Source: Rhina ancylostomus (lineage: Eukaryota). Taken from it: DNA of 64,000 bases. Positions 50,790 through 62,800 of the stretch are shown piece after piece. The notes under the pieces are model-generated. The model ran no database searches and had not been told where the DNA came from. It worked only from the letters and a program-made list of their open reading frames with translations. Position 1 is the stretch's first letter. Every line of letters starts with the position of its first letter. The translations under genes and the position numbers were made by a program. The DNA is taken from assembly GCA_030265395.1 (NCBI GenBank), contig JARFYF010000058.1:27599800-27663799 (forward strand). Reading direction: 5' to 3'.

Positions 50790-51808
50790 TCCAGTGTTGC
50801 GCAGTCCTGCCAAAGGATCTCTACCCTGATCACTGCCTCCAGTTCTGCACATCAGCTAAGCACAGCTCCAATGCCATGTACAAATTCGTCGACAACACCA
50901 TTGTTGTTGGACGAATCACAGGTGGTGATGAGTCAGTGTACAGGAGCGAGATGGGGCACCTGGTTGAACCATGCCGCAATAACAACCTCTTGCTCAACAT
51001 CAGGAAAACTAAAGAACTGATTATTGACTTCAGGAAGGGGAAGGAGGGCGAACGGGCGCTGGGTCTACATTGGTGGATCAGTGGTGGACAGTGTCAGCAG
51101 CTTTTTAAATTCCTAGGTGTTAACATGTCGGATGATCAGTCCTGGGCCCAGCACATGGATGTAATCACCAGGAAGGTGCAATAGCATTCTTACTTTTTTA
51201 GAATGTTAAGGAGGTTCAGCATGTCACCAAAAACTCTAACAAACTTATACAGATCTATTGTTGAAATGTATCCTGACCGGTTGTATCATGGTCTGGTACA
51301 GCAATTCGAATGCGCAGGAATGTAAGAAGCTGCAGAGAGTAGTGAATGCAGCCCAATACATCATGGGCACACACCTCCCCACCATCGGTGGTATCTACAG
51401 GATGTGCTGCGTCAAGAAGGCAACATCCATCATCAATGCTCCCCACCATCTGGGCCGTGCCATCTTCTTGCAACTCCCATCGGGCAGGAGGTACAGAAGC
51501 TTGAAGTCCCACACCACCAGGTTCAAGAACAGCTACTTCCCTTCAACCATTTGGATCTTGAAGCAACCTGCACAACCCTAATCACTGCCTCTGTACAGCA
51601 ACGCTAAGCCCACTTTGCACTACAATGGACTTTTTTTTTGTTCTGATTGTGTCCTTTCTTGTATAATTTATGTTTAATTTATATTTTTCTTGTGACTCTT
51701 GCATATCTAATCCCATGTGCTTGCAATGTTGCTGCAAGTAAGCTTTCCACTGTACCTTTGCATACATGTACCTGTGCATGTAACACTAAACTCAACTTTG
51801 ACTTTGAG
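50790..51808 (+). mobile_element. 5'-truncated Rex1/Babar LINE (RT C-terminal half plus 3' UTR), decayed
   Basis: YKFVDNTIVVGRITGGDESVYR..NNLLLNIRKTKELIIDFRK (KFADD region) and ILTGCIMVWY..LQRVVNAAQ..LPSGRRYRSLKSHTTRFKNSYFP; tail ends in (actttg)n. Confidence 0.9.
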
Positions 51809-53304
51809 CTCCAAAAGCATTTTCACTGTCAATAGTTCAGAGTAATAATTTAATGACAGGAGGTGATGTGGCAGGATGCATTGTTATTTATTCAGTGACA
51901 TATTTTTTAATGAATAAACTACAAACAAATAATGCAGAAATTTTTCAGCTTTTTCAGGATAAGACATATTATTTGAATTATTTAATATTAGTATGACATC
52001 AGTGCTTCAAACTGGCAGAGTTTCCAGTCCAAGACCGTGACTTAAGGGACATACTGAAGCTGGCTGCAGCTGCTGCAGAGTATCAGTGAGGAAAGGCTAC
52101 AGTTTAAGGCCCTTCTGCCACTGTTCACTAAACAGCTGGAACTTGTGTAAAAATCCCACAAGCTGTTTTGTCCAGGGCTGTGTGAAAATGGAAACTGATA
52201 CTATATTAAACATTAAGTAATTTGAATGGCATGACTTGTGCTGAAATGTTGACAATGTCCTGTATTACATACATCTGTAATTTTTATACATAAGGTATGT
52301 TATTGAATAAATAATACAGTACCCTGCTGCATTACCTCCTTCTATTAAAGCATTGCTGCAGATTGTTGTTGTCAGGCCAGAGTGGAAATACTTGCTGATC
52401 TGGAAGTAATGATTGGAGTAGAGATCCTTGCTCCAGGATCCTGATCGCTGGAAGCTGGAGAAAAAAAGAGTTACAGGAAAGGCAGAGTACTATCAGGAGA
52501 GGCCACTGTATTATGATAAATTAAATAACTGGGCTTTAAGGAAATGCTTGTTTATTTAGCTTGAAGCCCGGGCAAAATTGTGGACAGAAACTGTATGAGG
52601 AAGAGCTTCCACAACTGTGTATCAAACCACCCTCTGACAAATGGCTTTTATTTCTGTAACTATGCATCAGAAAATGAAAATATTAACAACCGCATTATCA
52701 GTGAAGAGGCACACAAGTTAAGCACTAATGGAGTCACTGGGCAACGGAGGATGAGCCCATTACGTGAGACTGGCTTGCCTAAGACATCCGTTGGACGGAT
52801 TCCCGTTACTTCCTGAAGTGGAAAGAGACTAGACAGGTAGTAGGCAAAACTGGTGTTCACCAGCTGAGCTCTGATACATCTGGGTGGGAATGAAAGCTGA
52901 GATATTTTAAAAGCATCTTGCTTCAGGATGTCATGACACAGGCCAAGAATTGGTCTGGTAGCAATGTTTACCAACATCATCAGCATTCCTAATTTAGATT
53001 TTATAGTGAAAACATGAACACAATGTTCAGAAAAAAATAGCAAATTTATTACTTGTACTGAGAAGAGAAAATATTCTTAAATGTATTCACGATATTACCA
53101 TGTGTGATCAGACCATTCCATCTCTTGCTTCTCCCACGTTCAAGACATTTCTGGCAACGTAGAAAACTAAACACCAGCTTTAATTGCTGAGCTGCTTTAA
53201 TTGCTCTCAAGTGGCCCAACAATTCAGAAATGTTACTACTATTTTCCAATGTGTAAAAGTAAGGAGTTACTGAGGCAAAATAGATGCTTTGTAGTTTAAG
53301 ATAT

Positions 53305-53778
53305 GGATAGAACATAGAACATTACAGCACAGTACAGGCCCTTTGGCCCATAATGTTGTGCCGGCATTTTATCCTGCTCTAATATCTATCTAACCCTTCC
53401 CTCCCACATAGCCCCCCATTTCTCTATCATTCATGTGTCCATCTATGAGACTCTCAAATGTCCCTAATGTATCTGCCCCCACAACCTCTGCAGGCAGTGT
53501 GTTCCATGCACCCACCACTCTGTGTAAAAAACTTACCCCTGACATCCGCCTTGTATCTTCCTCTAATCACCTTAAAATTATGTCTCTCATGTTAGCCATT
53601 GTTGCCCTGGGAAAAAGTCTCTGACTGTCCACTCGATCTGTGCCTCTTATCATCTTGTACACCTCCATCAAGTCACCTCTCATCCTCCTTCTCTCCAGAG
53701 AGAAAAGCCCTCGCTCGCTCAACCTATCCTCATGAGACATGCTCTCCAATCCAGGCAGCATCCTGGTAAATCTCCTCT
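53305..53778 (-). mobile_element. CR1 LINE 3' end
   Basis: MLPGLESMSHEDRLSERGLFSLERRRMRGDLMEVYKMIRG is the CR1 ORF2 C-terminus; atagaac repeats at the tail. Confidence 0.92.
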
Positions 53779-54239
53779 GGTAAATATGATGGAATCAGAA
53801 GAAATTACACCTCAGAAAGAGGCCCTTCAAACCCATCCTATCCCTGCCGACCTTTCCTGGTCGTGAATTCCAGATGCCCGCCATCCTCTGGATGAAAAAA
53901 AGATCCTCAACTTCCCTGTGTCATTTTACTTAAATCCTTGCGCCTAAACTGTGACCTCTCTCTGAAGAGAAATAACTCCACCCGATTCATATCTGGGCCT
54001 CCTGTAATTTTATGTCCCTCAGTTCTCTCTCCTCAGCCTCCTCCACTTGAAAGGAATTCAGAAGAGAAAAAGAATGTACTGTGGACAAAGAGGGGGGAAA
54101 TAAAATATCACTCAACTCTTTCAAACAGATAGATGAGCTGCATGGCCTCCTTTGGAGCTATATCTTTCAGCTGGAGCAATCATGTGATCATTTCCTAGAT
54201 TTAAGGTATTGGTTGAAGATATCTGTTTTAGGGGACTTT

Positions 54240-54350
54240 GGCACAGCTGCCTCACAGCTCCTGTGACCCGGGTTCAATCCTGATCTCCGGTGCCGTCTAT
54301 GTGGAGTTTGCACGCCCTCCCTGTGACTGCATGGATTTCCTCTGGGGTTT
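54240..54350 (+). mobile_element. V-SINE 5' part
   Basis: ctgcctcacagctcctgtgacccgggttcaatcctgatctccggtgccgtctatgtggagtttgcac. Confidence 0.75.
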
Positions 54351-54971
54351 TCACGTTTCAAAAGGTTTGAAAATTAGGGGAATGAGGATTTGGGGATCAG
54401 GGAAGGCAGATGGCTGGTGACAACCAAGACCAATGAATGAGGAAGATGGTTCGTGGACCAATGACCAACTCCAACTTCTTACCTTCTTATATGAAGAATG
54501 TTGGCTCACCTTCCTGTCCACACCTAGAGTTACAGGAACCTGCTACATAGGCAGAGGCTACTCGGTCCAATATGCCTGCTGGCCCTTTGAAAAGCAGCCA
54601 CGTTCAGTCCTACACCTCCATAATCCTGTGGATGGATGCAACGTCTCCAGGACATTTCCGGTGTGGGACAGGACCAGGCTATCTGAGGGCTACAGGAGAG
54701 TTCAGGTCTCGAACGAGTGATGCCAGGCACAGTACTTAGAGTCCCAGAGTCACACAGCACAGAAACAGGCCCTACAGACCAACTCATCCACGCCGACCAA
54801 GTTACCAACTTCCCATGTCACATCCTGGGTGAGGAGGATGAGGGTGGGAGTAAAAACATGGAGGGGATCCTGCATGGAATCCGGCAGTGACTAACCCAAC
54901 CCAACAAACCCAGGAATGACACCGGGGGGCTCTGCCTATCTCTAGCAGAGACTTTGTCATGTTTTATGGGT

Positions 54972-55554
54972 TATTGGTAATTGGTTGATTATTGGCATGT
55001 GTACCGAGATACAATGAAAAGCTTTTATTGGCGTGCCACCCATACAGATCATTCACACATAAGTACATTGAGGTAGTACAAAAGGAAAACGATAACAGAA
55101 TGCAGAATGAAGTGTTGCGGTTACAGAGAAGGTGCAGTGAAGGCAGACAATAAGATGCAAGGGCCCCGACAAGGTAGATTGTGAGATCAAGAGTTCATCT
55201 CTAGTATATGAAGTCCATTCAAGAGTCTGATAACAAATGGGAATAAAAACAAGAGTTTCATTTCTGTAGTGCCATTTACAGCCTCAGGAATGCAAAGCAT
55301 GCAAGAACCAAAGAAGCACTGCCTCTAAAGGTTTGATACTGTCATCATGTGGAAAATGTGAAAACCAATTTATGCAGAGCAAGCTCCCACAAACAGCAAA
55401 TAGAAACCAGACAATCTTTCATTGATGTTGATCTGTTCAAGAGTCTTATAGCAGCAGGGTAGAAGTTGTCCTTGAGCCTGGTGGTAGGTGCTTTCAGGCT
55501 TTTGTATCTTCTGCCTGATGGGAGGGGGGAGAAGAGAGAATGTCCGGGGTGGGT
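54972..55554 (-). mobile_element. Rex1-like LINE 3' pieces flanking a DeuSINE remnant (55258-55430)
   Basis: Minus strand PSGRRYKSLKAPTTRLKDNFYPAAIRLLN; tail matches 1-117. Confidence 0.75.
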
Positions 55555-56109
55555 NNNNNNNNNNNNNNNNNNNNNNNNNNNNNNNNNNNNNNNNNNNNNN
55601 NNNNNNNNNNNNNNNNNNNNNNNNNNNNNNNNNNNNNNNNNNNNNNNNNNNNNNCCCCGGGAACAGCCCGTAGATCAGAGAATCCTCTGTTACACAGCTG
55701 CTGGGGATGAACCGGGACAAGGACCCCTGCACTTATCGCCACACTCTCCTAGCAAATCCACACTCCACAAGGAAGTGGGCGACCGTCTTGTCCCCAGTGC
55801 AGTCCCTTTCAGAAATCCTGATGGTTTGGCATCTGCCTCCCCGGGTGCTGATTCCTGTGCTGCCATTCACACTCCAGGACCCTGGTTCCTGGCCCCCCCC
55901 TTCAAACTCACTGGGACCCCAGTTTTTGAGCTCCCTTAAAACTCAACTGGTTCTGTTTCCCACACTCCCTTGAAACTTATTGACTTCAGTGGAGAATTTA
56001 TTGTTCTACTATGTAACATCTAATAAAGGTAAATTAAAGCTGTATTTGCTTATCAGCAGAACTTAACATCCAATAGTCTGGGAAATCGCTGGTCCAGCAT
56101 CACAGAAGC

Positions 56110-56262
56110 ATCCCGGGATAGATTCCATCAGGCCCTGGGGATTTATCCAACTTTATGTGTGCCAGTATCTCTAACACTTCCTCCTTCCCATCACAGACGT
56201 GTTCCAGAATATCAGCACACCTCTCCCTTTACTCTCCATCCACCACATCCTTGGTGAATACC
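56110..56262 (-). mobile_element. CR1 ORF2 internal fragment
   Basis: Minus strand IKLDKSPGPDGIYPGML (pre-RT KSPGPDG motif). Confidence 0.75.
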
Positions 56263-56265
56263 GAG

Positions 56266-56760
56266 CAGGCACCGTAGTGTAGCGGTTAGTGTAACGTTTT
56301 ACAGCATCAGCGATCCGGGTTCAATTCCGGCCACTGTCTGTAAAGAGTTTGTACATTCTCCCCGTGTCTACATGGGCTTCCTCCGGGTGCTCCGGTTTCC
56401 TCCCACATTACAAAGACATATGGGTTAGGAAGTTGTGGGCGTGCTATGTCGGTGCCGGAAGCGTGGCGACACTTGCGGGCTGCCCCCAGAACACTCTACG
56501 CAAAAGATGCATNNNNNNNNNNNNNNNNNNNNNNNNNNNNNNNNNNNNNNNNNNNNNNNNNNNNNNNNNNNNNNNNNNNNNNNNNNNNNNNNNNNNNNNN
56601 NNNNNNNNNNNNACGGGTTAGGAAGTTGTGGGCGTGCTATGTTGGTGCCGGAAGCGTGGCGACACTTGTGGGCTGCCCCCCAGAACACTATGCAAAAGAC
56701 GCACTTCACTGTGTGTTTTGATGGACATGTGACAGATAAAGAAATCTTATCGTACCTTAT
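56266..56760 (+). mobile_element. Young V-SINE (Rex1-type tail); 3' part repeated across a 100-N gap
   Basis: ggcaccgtagtgtagcggttag A box, gggttcaattcc B box, V-domain, tail ttcactgtgtgttttgatggacatgtgacagataaa. Confidence 0.9.
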
Positions 56761-56929
56761 GTTATTTAGGATACCATTTTAACGACTAGCCATTTTGAGA
56801 AAGGTTGTTTTGAGGTCAAAGTGCTGAGCTTGGGGTTGAAGAGCAGAGGCTTAGATGAGGGAAGCTTGGGCAACAATATGGTAAGGCAGGCTAAGGTTGT
56901 TCCTTCTCTGTTTTAGCCATAGCAGTCAG

Positions 56930-57255
56930 TGGAGTGATAAGGTGAGATGTCGGAGATCAGGGAGAAATGCCCCTGATGACTACGTTTGCAGGAAGTGTGT
57001 CCAGCTACAACTCCTATCAGACTGCATGGATTGGTTGGAGTCACTGAGGAGCGTACAGGAGACAGAATATGTTATAGTTAAGAACTTCAGAGATGTGGTC
57101 ACATCAATGGTTCAGCCAGATAGCTGGGTGACTGCCAGACAGGGCAGGCAGATAGTACAGGTCCTCTGTGGCTATTCCCCTCTCAAACAGGTATATCACA
57201 TTGGATGCTGTTGGGGATAAATGGACGCCACAATAAGCTCTGTTGTACAGCAGGG
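56930..57255 (+). mobile_element. CR1 ORF1 N-terminal fragment
   Basis: PDDYVCRKCVQLQLLSDCMDWLE..WVTARQGRQ, zinc-finger/leucine-zipper start typical of vertebrate CR1 ORF1. Confidence 0.7.
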
Positions 57256-57264
57256 AGGGATGGT

Positions 57265-58407
57265 TCTGACACACCTCTCCCTCTTCTGGATCTCTCTATC
57301 TCCATCTCAGGAGACAAACTATCCACTGACATTTCCTGTAAACTCAGTGACTCCATTGACTATATCTCCTCCTAGCTTGTCTCCTGTAAGGATGCCATAC
57401 TTTTCTCTCAGCTTCTCTGTCTCTGCCACATCTGTTCTCAAGATGAGGCATTCCATTCCACGGCATCTGAATTCCTTTCTCAGGAAATGTGGCTTCCCTT
57501 CTACCGTAGTTGATGGAGCCCTCTCTTTCATTTCCTCTGCTTCCTAGACTTCTGTTCTCAACCACTCCCTCCAAATAGAACAGGTAGNNNNNNNNNNNNN
57601 NNNNNNNNNNNNNNNNNNNNNNNNNNNNNNNNNNNNNNNNNNNNNNNNNNNNNNNNNNNNNNNNNNNNNNNNNNNNNNNNNNNNNNNCCTCCAAATAGAA
57701 CAGGTAGAGAGTCCTCACCTATCACCCTATGACCCTCCACATCCAGCACCTCGCCCTTCATTATTTCTGCCAGCTACAATGGGATCCTGCCTCTCACCAC
57801 CTCCTCTCCTCTCCACCCCTTTTCACCTTCTGCAGGAACCACTCTCTCCCTGAGTCCCTGGTCCGCTCATCCCTCCCCACTCACCCCTCCCTGACTCCTG
57901 GCACTTTCCCCTGCAACTGTCGGAGGTGCAACACTTGTCCCTACACCTCCTCCCTCACCTCCATCCAGGGGCTGAAATAGCCCCTGTGGGTGAGGCAAAG
58001 ATTCATGTGTCCCTCCTCCAACCTCTGGCCTCCTCTACATCGACGGGACTATGTGCAGGGCAGGCAATCGGTTTGCAGAGCACCTGCACTCTGTCCACAG
58101 TGGCCACTCCGAGCTGCCAGTTGCATGCCATTTCGACCCCCCCTTCCCATTCCCACGCTGACCTGTCTGTCCTCGGGCTTCTTCACTGCCAGGGTGATGC
58201 CAAACACAAACTGGAGCGACAACATCTTATATTCAGCTTGGGGAGTCTACAACCCAATGGTACAGACATTGCATTCTCCAATTCCAGGTGACCTTTACCT
58301 CCTGTGCTCCCCCCCTCTCTTCTTCTGATCTACCCCTTGTCCTCCCATGTGTTAGCCCTTTTGCATATCCCCCCGTTCAAGCCCCATTGCCTACTTTAGT
58401 CCCCCTC
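57265..58407 (+). mobile_element. Penelope-like retroelement remnant (RT thumb, Cys linker, GIY-YIG endonuclease)
   Basis: LDLSISISGDKLSTDI.., FLRKCGFPSTVVDGAL, GTFPCNCRRCNTCPY, LLYIDGTMCRAGNRFAEHL (YIG..R..EH), KLERQHLIFSLGSLQPNGTD; many frameshifts; Cys-rich linker suggests the Neptune group. Confidence 0.88.
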
Positions 58408-58688
58408 NNNNNNNNNNNNNNNNNNNNNNNNNNNNNNNNNNNNNNNNNNNNNNNNNNNNNNNNNNNNNNNNNNNNNNNNNNNNNNNNNNNNNNNNNNNNN
58501 NNNNNNNNNNNNNNNNNNNNNNNNNNNNNNNNNNNNNNNNNNNNNNNNNNNNNNNNNNNNNNNNNNNNNNNNNNNNNNNNNNNNNNNNNNNNNNNNNNNN
58601 NNNNNNNNNNNNNNNNNNNNNNNNNNNNNNNNNNNNNNNNNNNNNNNNNNNNNNNNNNNNNNNNNNNNNNNNNNNNNNNNNNNNNNNN

Positions 58689-58836
58689 TAGAGGGCATGG
58701 TTTAAGGTGAGAAGGGAGAAATTTAAAGAAGATCTGAGGGACAGGTTTTTCACCCAGAGGGTGGCGTGTATATGGAACGAGATGCCAGAGGAATTGGTAG
58801 GGGCAGGCACAGTTACAATGTTTAAAAAGCACTTGG
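58689..58836 (+). mobile_element. CR1 3' fragment
   Basis: RGHG..REKFKEDLRDRFFTQRVACIWNEMPEELVGAGTVTMFKKHL. Confidence 0.88.
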
Positions 58837-59269
58837 AGAGTTCTGAGAGGGTCAGATTAATGGAGATTTACTGTGTGTGTAACAATGGGACAGGTCCCCT
58901 GGTGCCTCCGCATCATGGCTGCCTGCCCTGGCCCACAATTTCTGTTGCAGCATAGTCCTGAGAAATGGCCCCCAGCACTTTGGTGAGGTGGTGTGCAGTG
59001 GAAGGGCTGTCTCAGTGCCTACCTCCAGCTGCACTCATAGAATAGGGGATCCAGCCCTGGGCTCAATGGGTATCAGAGACATCAGTGCCACTGACTGCAA
59101 GTCTCTTGACAGTCACAAAGAATGACTAACACATCAGATGTGTTATAAAAATAAAGAAAATACTGTTTTCTAATACATTTGACACACTTAAAAGCAAATT
59201 AACACAGTAAATAATAATGTTCAATAGCTTCACCACTGAACAGAAATGACTAAATATTCATAATTACCA

Positions 59270-59815
59270 TGGCTATAACAGCAAATTAGAGGCTAGGTGC
59301 TTTGTGGTGGGTGACTTACCTCCTGACATCATGAAGCCTTTCCATCATCTATGAGGCAGCAGCCAGAAGTGTGATGGAACACTCTCCACTTGACTGACTG
59401 TATGCAACTCCACCAACATTCAAACAGCTCAACAATGTCCAGAAGGCTTGATTGGAACCTCATCCATCACTCTCAGCCTTCATTGCCTCCAGCACCGGCA
59501 CACCAAGGTTGAAAAATGCACTGCAGTTACTCACCAAGGCTACTCTGACTGTACGTCCATAACTAGCAACCTCTACCACCAATGGGAACAAGGGCAACAA
59601 ATGAATGGGAACACCCATCTACAGGTTACCCTCCAAACCATACAACAATCTGACTAGGAAATACAGTACTGTCCTTTATAATTGCTGGGTCTAAATCCTG
59701 GAACTCCCCGTCTGACAGCAGTGTGGAAGCACTTTCACCAGAGGCACAGCAGTGATTCTCAAGAGTAGATAAGGTTGGGCAGTAAAATCTGGTTCTGTCA
59801 GTGATGGCATCACCA
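59270..59815 (+). mobile_element. Old CR1/L2-group LINE 3' fragment
   Basis: Decayed IYEAAARSVMEHSPL..PPTFKQLNNVQ..LIG motif; gctgggtctaaatcctggaactcc. Confidence 0.6.
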
Positions 59816-60621
59816 GAAAAACAAATGAATTGAAAAGCAATTAACAACATTGGATTTAACATAAATAACTGATCACAAAAGTAGGAGCTTACCTTCAGCA
59901 CCCAATTTCTCCCATCGTTATGATTGGAGACTGCTTGCACCTAGTGCAGGATCAGCCAGCTGGAAACTGGGACTTGAAATGTGGTAATGCCCAAATGTGG
60001 TATGGAGATGAGTGACCCCAACCATTTCTTTGTGTTGAGTGAGGGAGTGCTTCATTGTCAGAAGGTAAAGTGTTATTCCAAAGTTCCATCTACCCTTAAG
60101 TAAGGACCACCCGGAATAATATTTTGAAGGGCAATGACGTTCTCCCAAGTCAAGGTCATTATTTGTCACTTCATCGAACTTCATTGAGTTATCTATTGAT
60201 GGGACACTGCTACACCAGGTTTCTTTCAGTACAACAGTAACCATGCCCCAATAGCATTATTAACTCTTAAACAGTGAGGGCTGCATCCCCAGTGGCTAAT
60301 GAGCTGCTGGTGTCACAATGTTGATCCAGATCAAACTCACAGAGAACCCAAATGCAGCACACCAATACACGACTGGAGTCAGGANNNNNNNNNNNNNNNN
60401 NNNNNNNNNNNNNNNNNNNNNNNNNNNNNNNNNNNNNNNNNNNNNNNNNNNNNNNNNNNNNNNNNNNNNNNNNNNNNNNNNNNNGGAATCCATGTGCTGG
60501 ACAACAAGGCATTAATGAGCCAAATTGAGGGCCAGAACTCAGAACCATGACAGCTGGAGTTCACAAGTCAGATGCATTGGAATACACTGCTCCCATCTCA
60601 CCTGCAGCTGCAGTTGAAATG

Positions 60622-60933
60622 GTAGTGCAGCAGCGCAGCTGGTTGAACTGCTGCCTCACATCTCCAGTGACCTGGGTTCAATCCTGACCTCTGGTTTGTG
60701 TGGAGTTTGTACACGACTATGTGTTTTCTCCGGGTGCTCCGGTTTCCTCCCACATCCTATAGACATGTGGGTTAATTAGCCATTGTAAATTGCCCTTGGT
60801 ATGTAAATAATGATGGGATCTAGGGGAATGTGGGAAGAATAAAACGGGATTGGTGTAAATGGATACTTGATGGTTAGCATGAACTCAGTGGGCTGAAGGG
60901 CCTGTTTCCATGCTGTATGATTCTATGACTATG
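60622..60933 (+). mobile_element. V-SINE (HE1-like, CR1-type tail)
   Basis: ctgggttcaatcctgacc; ctccgggtgctccggtttcctcccacatcc; gtgggctgaagggcctgtttccatgctgtatgattctatgact. Confidence 0.88.
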
Positions 60934-61695
60934 GCATTCATGATGGAAGTGCAGTTAACAGGAGACCACGGCCTGCACACAGACCGGGAACACAGTTCTT
61001 GGACAGGAAGTTCAGTCTATCATAGCAGGAGGTCGCATCTCTTTGCAGCCTCCTAGAACACTTCCTGCTGCCTTCTGGTCTACAGACTTTAACATCTGCA
61101 CTGCTCGGTCCTATCCACAGTCAGACGTTTGTAAACACACTGGGCAGTAACAGTGGCCTTGCTTTGAGTGGTTGTCATGTATAACAATTGGCACTAATGA
61201 CAGCAGCCAGAATGAGTGGGTGCTCCAGTTTGTGGCTTGGGCTGGCTTACCACGAGCCCAGAAGATCACTAGCCATATTTACACATCTCTAGAACAGCCT
61301 GAAGGATTCATTAATNNNNNNNNNNNNNNNNNNNNNNNNNNNNNNNNNNNNNNNNNNNNNNNNNNNNNNNNNNNNNNNNNNNNNNNNNNNNNNNNNNNNN
61401 NNNNNNNNNNNNNNNATTCATTAATCAAGGAGTTCAGTCTGTGTTCAACAGTGCACACCACAGAAGATCTTTCTGCATGTGCGCAGAAGATAACTGGGCA
61501 AGCTCCATAATTTAATTGCCATCGGCATTCTACCCTCCATGATGCACTGAGTCCTTAAGGTGGATTTAGGGACTGGCTGGTTGGAAACAAATGGTACCCA
61601 GCGAAAACGTGTCTCAAGGTTGCAGCGAGCAGCTCAAGATATGAGGAAGAGGAGCATCACAGCAAACTGATCTGTTCATCAGAAATATCGGAAAG

Positions 61696-61775
61696 CAAGC
61701 CACTGGAGTGTTGCAAATGCACTTCTGGTGCCCTGACCATTCCAGTGGAGTCCTCCAATATGCAGTAAGGTATCA
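61696..61775 (+). mobile_element. Harbinger (HARBI1-like) transposase C-terminal remnant
   Basis: QATGVLQMHFWCPDHSSGVLQY resembles the G.LK.RFRCLD.S.G.LQY motif. Confidence 0.6.
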
Positions 61776-61789
61776 AGAATATCTATGTG

Positions 61790-62258
61790 TGTAGAGCCAT
61801 AGAGCAAAGAAAGAGGCCCTCTAGCCCACCATGTTCCTGCCAATGTCAGTGACCCATCTGAATGAATCCTATTTACCAACACTTGGGTGTGTAGCCTTCT
61901 CTGCCTTGGTGATACAAGGGCTCATTTAGATACTTCCTACATGTTGTGAGAGTCTCTGCCTCCACCACCCCCTCAGGCAGAGCGTTCCAGATTCTAACCA
62001 TTCTCTGGATGAAAAAAACTCTCTTAGGTCATCTCTAAACCCCTTCCCTGCTACTCAAAACCTATGTCCTCTAGTTTTTGACACCACTGTTATGGGGAAA
62101 GGTTTCCAACTACTTATTCTGTCTATTTCCCTCATAATTTTGTATAACTCAATCAGGTCTCCCCTCAGCCTTCTCCGCTCCAAGGATAACAAACTCAGCT
62201 TATCCCGTGAAGCACTCCATCCCAAACAGCAACCTGGAATTTCCTCTGCACCCTCTGT
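61790..62258 (-). mobile_element. CR1 LINE 3' end
   Basis: LSLLSLERRRLRGDLIELYKIMREIDRISSWKPFP..SKTRGHRF. Confidence 0.9.
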
Positions 62259-62595
62259 GCAGCAGCGAGGTGTGGACACGCACGCCGGAGGAGGTGTGAT
62301 CTTCTCAGAAGAGCAATGGGGGGAAGATGAAAAGGGAGCTGATGTAACAGAGAAGCAGCACGTACATTGCACGGGACACACTTCAATTAGGCTTCAATGT
62401 ACGGACCACACTCACAGTTCAGGCTTCAATCAGCTGCCAGCATTGCTCCCGTATAAAATCTGCCTGGTTAACCCTCTCGCCTTCAGCTCCTTCCACCAAT
62501 TCAGATCAGTTTCATAGACATCTATACATGCCATGTCCAACCTGCGTCGCTCAGCAACAGCCCAGGGTTTCCCACACCACCCAAATTAAACAGCC

Positions 62596-62800
62596 GAGAC
62601 GCAAGAGACTTCAGATGCTGGAATGCGGAGCAACACGCAAATGGCTGGAGGAACTCAATGGGTCAGGCAGCATCTGTGGAGGCAAACGGACAGTCAGCGG
62701 TTGGGGTCGAGGCCCTTCATCTGGACTTAAAGATAGAGGGGAGATAGCCGGTGTAAAGAGGTGAGGGGAAGGGGTGGGCAACGGCTGGTAAACGACAAGG
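62596..62800 (-). mobile_element. Penelope-like 3' terminus with decayed hammerhead motif
   Basis: Same subfamily as 37417; minus strand AGUC-CAGAUGA-AGGGCCUCGACCC-CAACCGCU-GACUG. Confidence 0.75.

Noticed and set aside
2467-61510. Long ORFs containing X runs
   Set aside because: Artefacts of translating N gaps
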